Source of the DNA: Candidatus Ozemobacteraceae bacterium
GTDB taxonomy: Bacteria > Muiribacteriota > Ozemobacteria > Ozemobacterales > Ozemobacteraceae
Length of the DNA stretch: 64,000 nucleotides
Reading direction: 5' to 3'
Assembly (NCBI GenBank): GCA_965140445.1
Contig: OZ223236.1
Span: 544,001-608,000 of the forward strand
The notes under the pieces: model-generated
The model's database searches: none
What the model saw: only the letters and a program-made list of their open reading frames with translations
What the model was told of the DNA's origin: nothing
Shown: positions 56,467 through 64,000 of the stretch, piece by piece
Layout of the letters: every line of letters begins with the position of its first letter
How positions within the stretch are numbered: position 1 is the first letter of the stretch
Position numbers and translations under genes: made by a program

Positions 56467-58853
56467 TTTTTGTTTTCCTGTTTTTCCGCGTCTATTGATC
56501 GAATTCTTTTTTTGAATCGAGAGCTTCGTAGGTCGTCTGGAAATCTATCCACAAATGTTTGCAAATATGCATTGTATTTGAAGTCAGATACTTTTAATTT
56601 CTTTTTTAATCTCATGTTAAGACACATCAGGTCTGCGGTGGTGTGAAAAGTAGGGTTCTTTTCAATAAAATCTTCTACTTTTTTTGCCAGTTCTTCAGGT
56701 TTTTCTGTGTCTAAGGAAATGCTAAGTTGCATCGATTTCATATCAAGCAGGATTCCAGTTGAGGTAGCAGTTTGATTATTAATTTCTTTGTTTAAAACAT
56801 CAATTGCACTTTTGGTTTTACCGGTCAGGTTTAATCTTTTAGCTTTAAGAAAACTCTCGAGCATGGAAAAGTTTCCCGTGGAACCACGACTAATTAATAA
56901 GGCCAGCTCAAGTGCATCATTTACCCAGAATGACTCTGGATGCTTTTCAACAACTTCTTTAAGCAAATTCAATGCTTCCTGAAAGTTATTTTTATGGGTT
57001 TCCAATACGCCTTTTTCAAAGGTTAATCTGGCTTCCATATCACTTTCAGCAGCCAGGTCACCAGAAAACATTCTATCTCTTCCCGATTCTTGAAAAAGCT
57101 TGTTGTACTGTTCCAATATCGATTCAGCCTTTTTGAAATCCTCTTCGTAGACATATAGTCTGCTTTTAAGTAGAGCTGCTTCAGCGGCATATATCATAGA
57201 TGTGTTAATTAAACCGGTTTGAAGAATCATATCTACCAATTCATGACTTTTTGCCGTGTCATGGAACTGTAGAACTGCGAACTGAGCGAGCTTTACAAGT
57301 AATTTTGATTTCAGTTCACCGTCAGCAACACTTCCTGATTCAACAATTTTCAATGCAGTTTCAAATGAAACCTTTGCTCTTTCATGATCTTGATCTGGCA
57401 AATCCAGCATTAGAATAGCTATTCTCAGTGCCATTGTAGTTTTTGAAAAAGTGTCGCAAATTTTGTCACAAAGCTTAAAATGGAAGCTTTCAGGATAGAT
57501 AATTGCATCTTGTCTCAGGCGTTCAAACAAAAAGTCATCAAGGGTACCATTTGTTAGTTTTAATAATGATATAAGTCCGTCTACGTCTGCTGAGCCTTTT
57601 CTTCTGAAGAAAATTTCCATTAAAGCTTGTTGAATAGCGCTGCTATAAATCTGAGTATTCAGTTCTTTTAATCGGTTTTCAAATGAAAAGCTTTTCTCTT
57701 CACTTTCATAAAGTTTGTTAAAAACTTCAATTTTGAAATATCCGTTTGCTAAAACTCTAAGATATTCTTCCAGAGCTTCTTTTTTACGCCCCAATGCTTC
57801 CAGAACGCTTGCCATTTCTTCGGCGAACATTGTTGGTGCCCGAAGATTTGTTCTGGCCTCTTTGAAGCCCTCTAATGCTTCTTCATAGAGTCGGTGTTCT
57901 ATCAGAACGTCAGTGTAATCCTGATAGAATTCCCTTCTTTGCATCATGGGATTATTTATAGGGCTTCTCCAGGTGGCTATTGCTTCCTGAACACGTTTTG
58001 CAAGAAAATGGCAATGGCCGGCTTTTTTGATTGAGTCCCAGTCATTTGGCAAAAACTTGATTAACTTTTTCAAGGTTATTAGTGCTTCTTCTGGCTTTTG
58101 AGTCTCAAGCTGAAGATTGGCTAATTTTTTTAGCAGCACTGTATTCCTGGGTGTTTCAGGGGATTCGTCAATTAGCTTTATCGCTTTTTCTTTTTTGTTG
58201 ATAGCAACATAGCAGTCGGATACAAAGTCTAAATATCTATAAGTCTTGTATCTAGCTTTTCGATTTTCAATTGTGGATAGAAGTTTTTCTACTTCACCTG
58301 TTTTGATTGCAAGCTCCAGGAAATCCTGAAAAACTCCCCGGTCAGCGCTTTGCTCCAGAAGCTTCTCAAGTAGCAACCAGGCTTCGTCTTTTCTTCCAAC
58401 TTGCAGATACATGGCTGCAAGTTTCCTCGAAACCCATTCAACTCTAATATTCTGCTTTTTCCATGATTCAAGAATCTCAATTGCTTCTTTGAATCTTTGC
58501 AGGTCGGAAAGAATTGTCAGGAGCAGTTCTCTGGCATTTTGAAGATTTCCATCGTTGGATTTTTTCTCAATAATTTCTTTTAGTAATGTAATGGCTTTTT
58601 CATGATCATTTAAATCTTTGTAAATGTGTGCCAGCTGAAGCTTGGCCATATTGCCAAAAATATCATCTGGGTATTTTTCTATTAGCTCATTAAGCTGTTT
58701 TTGGGCAGGAGTAAGTCTTCTGTTCCTTAAGGCGTCCATTCCTCGTTGATACATTTGTGCAGCATCTGGATTATAAGGAGCTGCTGAGGCTATTCCAGCA
58801 AATCCCAAAAATATTCCAAGTGCAATTAGAACAGGCAGATTTTTACTTTTCAT
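56463..58853 (-). CDS. Secreted TPR-repeat protein
   Basis: Signal peptide; multiple TPR-like helices. Confidence 0.8.
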   Translation of the reverse strand: MKSKNLPVLIALGIFLGFAGIASAAPYNPDAAQMYQRGMDALRNRRLTPAQKQLNELIEKYPDDIFGNMAKLQLAHIYKDLNDHEKAITLLKEIIEKKSNDGNLQNARELLLTILSDLQRFKEAIEILESWKKQNIRVEWVSRKLAAMYLQVGRKDEAWLLLEKLLEQSADRGVFQDFLELAIKTGEVEKLLSTIENRKARYKTYRYLDFVSDCYVAINKKEKAIKLIDESPETPRNTVLLKKLANLQLETQKPEEALITLKKLIKFLPNDWDSIKKAGHCHFLAKRVQEAIATWRSPINNPMMQRREFYQDYTDVLIEHRLYEEALEGFKEARTNLRAPTMFAEEMASVLEALGRKKEALEEYLRVLANGYFKIEVFNKLYESEEKSFSFENRLKELNTQIYSSAIQQALMEIFFRRKGSADVDGLISLLKLTNGTLDDFLFERLRQDAIIYPESFHFKLCDKICDTFSKTTMALRIAILMLDLPDQDHERAKVSFETALKIVESGSVADGELKSKLLVKLAQFAVLQFHDTAKSHELVDMILQTGLINTSMIYAAEAALLKSRLYVYEEDFKKAESILEQYNKLFQESGRDRMFSGDLAAESDMEARLTFEKGVLETHKNNFQEALNLLKEVVEKHPESFWVNDALELALLISRGSTGNFSMLESFLKAKRLNLTGKTKSAIDVLNKEINNQTATSTGILLDMKSMQLSISLDTEKPEELAKKVEDFIEKNPTFHTTADLMCLNMRLKKKLKVSDFKYNAYLQTFVDRFPDDLRSSRFKKRIRSIDAEKQENKK

Positions 58854-61800
58854 TATTCTTCACCATATATGTTCAGAGACTTGAAGTAATCCTGAAGAAG
58901 GTTTTTATATTCAGCTGGATATTCTTCACGGGTTTCGCTTAAAAAGTCTTTGCTAAGATCTCTGGTCTCTGATCCAATTGAAGTTATTGGTTTTTCAGGA
59001 TCTTTCTGGACTTTTTGGCTGGATTTTTCCGCTTTTCTTTCTTCGCTCTCTTCTTCTCTGTTTTTGATAGATTTTTGAGCTCTCAACATTCTTTCGTAAA
59101 TGGCTTTTTGCTTTTCTGCTACCTTTTTCCTTAACTTTGGATCAAGAATTTGAGTTTCAAGGTCTTTCATTTCTTCAGATACTTTGTTCATGCGGCCAAG
59201 AGTGTTCATTTTATTCTGGCTTTCGCGCATCAATTTTTCCAGCGCTTCTCTTACCTTTCTTTGTTCCATGGCCATTCTCTGCAGCTGTTGCATCATTTGT
59301 GGAGAAGGTTTGCCTTGTTGCTGCATCATCTTTCTATAAAGACTCAATTGTCTTTTGGTCAGATTTTTGAATTGCTGAAGGGCATCCATTGGGCTTGAAG
59401 AAGATCCTCCACCCTGCTGATCCTGAGCTCGCATGAGATCCATTGCTAATATATTGAATTTGCGGATTATTTCTTGCTGATCTTCACGGGATTTGGCAAC
59501 CGATCTGTCTTCAAGATTTTTAACTATTTCAGCAAAGAGTCTCTGAACGCCTCTCATAGAATCAAGAACTGAGGGATCTACTGAAAAGCTGCTTTTTATG
59601 AACTTTTCAAGTGATTGCTCAAGCTTTGCTCCCTGCTGTTTTACCTGCACCTGTAGTATTGAAACTTCATCTATCAGGCCTTCAATCTCAGGTTTACTTC
59701 CACGCATGAATTGCCCTGGCAGGAATTTTAGTTTTTTTAGCAAGGACTCCTGATCGGTAGACACTTTTAATGCTCGATATATGAATCTGGATAGGTCTAG
59801 TTGTGGTGCTTGTCCACCTGAACAGGCTCTGCAGATTTTGTCTGCATCCTTTTTGAGAGACTCCAGGAATTTAAGCATTTGGCGCTGTTTTTCCATCGCT
59901 TCTTGAGGCTTCTTTTCCTGCATTTTTTTGGAAATTTCGTCAGACATTTTTCTGAAGTCCTGTTGCTTCATTTTATCTCTGATGTTTTTGACTTCTTCCA
60001 TTAAAGGGTTGTCTTTTAGATCATCCTTGGATTTCTCCGCAGCCATCTTCTGGGCCTGTTCCTGAAGGTCTTCCATTTCTTTTTTTAGCTTTTCCTGCTG
60101 ATCAGAAAGATCTTTCATGGTTGCTTCGTCTTCAGGAGTGGTTTTTCCTTCCTTCATTTTTTGCTCAAGTTCCGCTGTTTTAGAGGCGATATCCTGCTGC
60201 CGTTTATGAAGATCTTCGATTGCCTTTCCAAGCGAATTCAGCTTTTGTTGCTCTTTGACCTGTGTAAGCAGGTCTATAGTTCTGTCCAGCCCTTTAAGGT
60301 AATCTTCCATTTTAAAGGCTTCTTCGTATTTTTTCAGGTCTTCTGGATTCAGTTTAAGATCTTTAAGTGATTCTCGGAGTTCCTGCATCATTTTCTTGGT
60401 TTTTTCATCCATGACTTCGTTCATTAAGTCACTCACCTTCTGCATGCGCTCTAATGCTTCTGGTGTGTTAAGCGGATTGTCTTCCATATTATTTTGCAGA
60501 CTTTTGAAGCTTTTTTGAATCTCTTCCGCCATTTTTTGCTGTTTCATACCATCTTCAATGGCTTTCTCTATGGCTTTTTGCGATTCAAAATCCAACTTTT
60601 CCGAATGCTTGATTTGCTCATAAGCCTCCATAAGAGACTTTTTGCGCAACTTCTGGGCTTCCATATATTCCTGCAATTTTTCGGCAAGATCCTCATGTTG
60701 ATTGTCTTCACCCTTGTAAAGGTCATACATGGATGGCATGCTGATGTGGTATTCACTTGTTGATGCGATATTTGGTGTTGGTTTACAGGCATCTTCAACC
60801 TGAATGTAATAAGTTATTTTTGTTCCCGGCTGAACAGCCAGCGTGTCCAGTGGCCATGGGAAATCCACCTGGTATTCGGTCATTGGTGAAAAATCAGGTT
60901 TAAGATTGTGGGGAATTGGATCCTGTCGAATACCAATTTTGTAATAAAGGATCATGGTTTTTACGCCGAAATCGTCTCTTGTTACTGCTTTAAGCTCTAT
61001 CATTCTTTTTTTTGGGAAGGGAATATCCTGGCCTGGTTTGAGCAATTCGACAGTTGGCGATGCATCGATTACTGCAGCTATCTTGTAAGAAACCGGCTTT
61101 TCATTTTTAAGGCCGAGTGAGTTTTCCAGATAGATACTATAGGTGGTGTCAGTCGCCACAGAAAAGGAATAGGAGAACTTATTTTTGCCAGATAGCTTAC
61201 AGGTCTCTGTGGCTCCGGGAGACAAATTAATGAGAGCTTTAGAGATTTCCTGATCGGTTACCCCTTTAATTTCTATTTTTGTGCCAATCAAAACAGAGCA
61301 ATCTCCTGTTCCTTCTGGTAATTCCAGTGGCGCAGTTGCAATGTAAGCTGGTTGATGAACAGTTACGTAAAGCTCTTTTACTTCTGGTCTCGTCATTACA
61401 TTGATTTTGAATCTTGGAGATTTGAACTTTTCACAGCTGATTTGATAGTCCGAAGATTCTTGAAGGCCAGTTAAATTATATAGATAAACAGCTTCTGTGG
61501 CTGTTTTATCTGGGTACATCTCGACCTCTGTTCCTTCTTCTTTTTCTGGCTCAAATAGCTTGAGAATTGGAATCTCTTTACTTGATCTATTAGGTCTGGC
61601 GACGATTTGTAAGTCATTGCCTCTCGCTACCACAGTGTTTCCAGGGGTTATCTGGAAGTCCAGAGTTGAAAATGGTGCGATTGCTCTCAGAGGAAAGACT
61701 AGTCTCGAAGCCCCTATTTCTACTTCCAGAGGAGAGATTAGATACCAGATTCCAGCTAATAGCATAAATACAGCCATTGTAAATGCTGAAATCTTTCTGG

Positions 61801-62287
61801 AAAAGGCTTTAAGAGCAACTTTTAAGTCTTCGTATTTTAAGCCTTTCTGTGCATCAATTACGGTTATTTTCCTGAAAATTTCAGAAGTTCCGGGATATTT
61901 AATGTTGGCTTCTGCGAATTCGGCGGCACTTGAAAGTCCAGAATTAAATTTTTCACTGGCTTCTTCTATCTCGACCGCCATTTTTGTTACGGTTGGGGGA
62001 TTAAAGAGTGCATAAATCCCTTTTAAAAGCCAGTATGAAACTGATCCGTAAAGCGCCAGAGATCCAATGTGACGAATGAATTCGGATTGAGCTGGAGTTC
62101 TTTCTGAAAGAAGAAAAAGGAGAAGAACAACCGAAGCGCTAACAGCTGCCCAGAACAGACAGGACATAACTACTCTGCGCTGGCGCTTGCGACGGTAAAG
62201 CCCAAGAGTTTTGGCAAACTCCTCTTTATATTGGCTATACTTATTCAGTTCTTGTTTTATATCTTCTATTTTCATTTTTATTGGCAC
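58853..62287 (-). CDS. DUF4175-like membrane-anchored long coiled-coil protein
   Basis: N-terminal TMs, Ig-like region (D..P.V, DDFGV), Q/E/K-rich coiled coil, C-terminal YPAEYKNLLQDYFKSL. Confidence 0.75.
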   Translation of the reverse strand: MPIKMKIEDIKQELNKYSQYKEEFAKTLGLYRRKRQRRVVMSCLFWAAVSASVVLLLFLLSERTPAQSEFIRHIGSLALYGSVSYWLLKGIYALFNPPTVTKMAVEIEEASEKFNSGLSSAAEFAEANIKYPGTSEIFRKITVIDAQKGLKYEDLKVALKAFSRKISAFTMAVFMLLAGIWYLISPLEVEIGASRLVFPLRAIAPFSTLDFQITPGNTVVARGNDLQIVARPNRSSKEIPILKLFEPEKEEGTEVEMYPDKTATEAVYLYNLTGLQESSDYQISCEKFKSPRFKINVMTRPEVKELYVTVHQPAYIATAPLELPEGTGDCSVLIGTKIEIKGVTDQEISKALINLSPGATETCKLSGKNKFSYSFSVATDTTYSIYLENSLGLKNEKPVSYKIAAVIDASPTVELLKPGQDIPFPKKRMIELKAVTRDDFGVKTMILYYKIGIRQDPIPHNLKPDFSPMTEYQVDFPWPLDTLAVQPGTKITYYIQVEDACKPTPNIASTSEYHISMPSMYDLYKGEDNQHEDLAEKLQEYMEAQKLRKKSLMEAYEQIKHSEKLDFESQKAIEKAIEDGMKQQKMAEEIQKSFKSLQNNMEDNPLNTPEALERMQKVSDLMNEVMDEKTKKMMQELRESLKDLKLNPEDLKKYEEAFKMEDYLKGLDRTIDLLTQVKEQQKLNSLGKAIEDLHKRQQDIASKTAELEQKMKEGKTTPEDEATMKDLSDQQEKLKKEMEDLQEQAQKMAAEKSKDDLKDNPLMEEVKNIRDKMKQQDFRKMSDEISKKMQEKKPQEAMEKQRQMLKFLESLKKDADKICRACSGGQAPQLDLSRFIYRALKVSTDQESLLKKLKFLPGQFMRGSKPEIEGLIDEVSILQVQVKQQGAKLEQSLEKFIKSSFSVDPSVLDSMRGVQRLFAEIVKNLEDRSVAKSREDQQEIIRKFNILAMDLMRAQDQQGGGSSSSPMDALQQFKNLTKRQLSLYRKMMQQQGKPSPQMMQQLQRMAMEQRKVREALEKLMRESQNKMNTLGRMNKVSEEMKDLETQILDPKLRKKVAEKQKAIYERMLRAQKSIKNREEESEERKAEKSSQKVQKDPEKPITSIGSETRDLSKDFLSETREEYPAEYKNLLQDYFKSLNIYGEE

Positions 62288-62952
62288 ATCACGTAAGTTA
62301 GAACGTTAATTGCCATTTTCATGGCTTTTTCGCGAATCTCTTTGCTGTCCTCCGGGTGGACTCCTTCATCCTCAAGCCCATCACCAATGTCGGTTTCGTA
62401 AGTGTATAAAACCGTCATTCTTCCCTTGTCAAATATGGCATAAGCAGCTGGCGGTTTTCCATCGTGCTCATGAATTTTAGGAATTCCTTCTTCAAATGAA
62501 TAGGCCATATGGAAAATTGGGTGGTCCTTGGGAAGTAGTTTCAGTTCATTGTCAGGATAAAGTCGCTTAACTTCTCTGCGAAAGTATTTGTCCAGGCCAT
62601 AATTGTCGTCAACCCAAAGAAAACCACCGCTATTAAGGTAGTTTAACAACCTGTTCAGGTCATAATCTTTAAATTTAATTCGTCCATGCCCAGTAATATA
62701 AAGCATGGGATACTTAAAAAGGTCTGGATCTGAGATTGATACCGCAACATCTTCTATTTGAGTTGTCATTCCCAGTCTTTTTGAGGCTTCTTTCATGAAG
62801 TTTGGCAGAGATGTTGGGTTGCTATACCAGTCTCCACCACCATCATATCTTACGCGCGGAACAACTATGCGGTCAAAATCAGCAGCATCGGCATTTGATA
62901 CCACGAAAATTGAAAGAACCAGGAACAATAGTAGAATAAGATCACGATTCAT
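62278..62952 (-). CDS. DUF4159-domain protein
   Basis: YDGGGDWYSNP, YITGHG, GGFLWVDD, HPIF and DIGDG motifs. Confidence 0.85.
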   Translation of the reverse strand: MNRDLILLLFLVLSIFVVSNADAADFDRIVVPRVRYDGGGDWYSNPTSLPNFMKEASKRLGMTTQIEDVAVSISDPDLFKYPMLYITGHGRIKFKDYDLNRLLNYLNSGGFLWVDDNYGLDKYFRREVKRLYPDNELKLLPKDHPIFHMAYSFEEGIPKIHEHDGKPPAAYAIFDKGRMTVLYTYETDIGDGLEDEGVHPEDSKEIREKAMKMAINVLTYVMCQ

Positions 62953-62953
62953 A

Positions 62954-64000
62954 TTAACTTAGTCCTCTCGTTCTGCGAATATACCATTCGAGCATTGGTA
63001 GGCAGAGTAATAGGAGTAATGCAAGGTAGCTGTCTCTTGCTTCAAATATTTTTGTTTCAAGTTTTTTGCCGGGCTCAGATTTCATATTTTTCATTAAGCT
63101 ATCAGCATCTTCTATGGATACAGCTATTCCACCTGTCATGCTGGCTATCCGCGACATCAGCTCAAACTGTATTTCAGGATTATCAAATTCCGAAGTTGGT
63201 GTTTCAACAAGGATTTCGGATTGTGCTTTTCCAAGTAGTTTTCCACGAAATCTGGCAGCGGTTTCAATTTTGAATAATCCACGCTCTGCCGGAATAAATG
63301 AGGTTTCGTAGCATCCTTTTTCAGAAGTTTCCATGCAGGTTAAGCGGGTTTTTATATCTTTTTCATCTGTTACGTTTAACTCAACCTGAGCGCCTTCCTG
63401 AAGCTTTCTTTTCCCATCCATTACCCAGACTTTAACCGAAAGCGGTTGGCCGGCAAAACCTCTTGAGGTTGGAAATTCAATTGCCACCTGAGCATCTTCA
63501 CGTCGATTAGCAAGCCACTTTAATAAATTAACCATGAACCCGGTGTAATTCTGGATACCACGATCGGTAGAAGCCATTCTAAAGCCCATCGGCCAGATTG
63601 GTCCACCCGTGAACATTACCACGTTTCCTTGTCCGTATTTGGATTTGACCATGAACGGAATAGCTGTTCCAGCTGTGTTTCTAACCGTAGAGCTTAAGAG
63701 AATTTCACTACCGGATTTTGGTTCCTGATAATCAAATAATCCATCAAATTTTGGCAGGGTTCTGAAAAATCCCATATTTTCTATTGGGTCATCAACTATG
63801 CGCAAAAAGTTGTAAGGCGGGTCCTGCGTCATAAGCTGCATATTTCCTGGAGTTCCCCGCCATTTTTCATTTTTTAAATTTACAGGTAAAATCTTTTCCA
63901 GTTCGCTTCCGGAGTAGCCTAAGTCGGCGTAACCTCTGCTCGATGGCAAAAGGAGTAATCCGCTTAAACCGCTTTCAACACGACTTATTATTTCAGCAGC
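62954..64000 (-). CDS. GATase-like/vWA-operon membrane protein, 5' end outside window
   Basis: Frame open to 64000; C-terminal EF.......L..IA..TGG and LEWYIRRTRGL motifs. Confidence 0.7.
   Translation of the reverse strand, partial: AAEIISRVESGLSGLLLLPSSRGYADLGYSGSELEKILPVNLKNEKWRGTPGNMQLMTQDPPYNFLRIVDDPIENMGFFRTLPKFDGLFDYQEPKSGSEILLSSTVRNTAGTAIPFMVKSKYGQGNVVMFTGGPIWPMGFRMASTDRGIQNYTGFMVNLLKWLANRREDAQVAIEFPTSRGFAGQPLSVKVWVMDGKRKLQEGAQVELNVTDEKDIKTRLTCMETSEKGCYETSFIPAERGLFKIETAARFRGKLLGKAQSEILVETPTSEFDNPEIQFELMSRIASMTGGIAVSIEDADSLMKNMKSEPGKKLETKIFEARDSYLALLLLLCLPMLEWYIRRTRGLS

Noticed and set aside
1..64000. CRISPR array or REP repeat family
   Set aside because: No regularly spaced repeats seen; the intergenic hairpins differ in sequence and look like ordinary terminators.

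Overview
Low-GC bacterial chromosomal segment from a diderm organism. Many signal-peptide and lipoprotein genes and paired membrane cyclases suggest, by inference only, a Candidatus Riflebacteria-like lineage. It is densely protein-coding: an ECF sigma/zinc anti-sigma pair, two hybrid histidine kinases, xerD, satP, an ACT/UPF0210 pair, a DAACS transporter and a DUF4159/DUF4175/TPR/M48 operon. I saw no CRISPR array, tRNA, rRNA or intact mobile element. The standout is a ~1.1 kb ORF-free unit (about 15903-17018). It has an rRNA-type promoter (A-tract UP region, TTGACA-N17-TACAAT, extended -10, boxA-like leader), many nested helices and tetraloop hairpins, 5'/3' end pairing and an intrinsic terminator. 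It is a candidate very large structured non-coding RNA that shows no hallmarks of the housekeeping RNAs. Second is a translationally coupled pair of 987-aa class III cyclases with complementary catalytic residues (a C1-like plus C2-like heterodimer), preceded by a frameshifted relic of a further cyclase. Also notable are a signal-peptide Hsp20 behind a sigmaE-consensus promoter, several apparent pseudo-enzymes, and a small antisense gene inside an operon.
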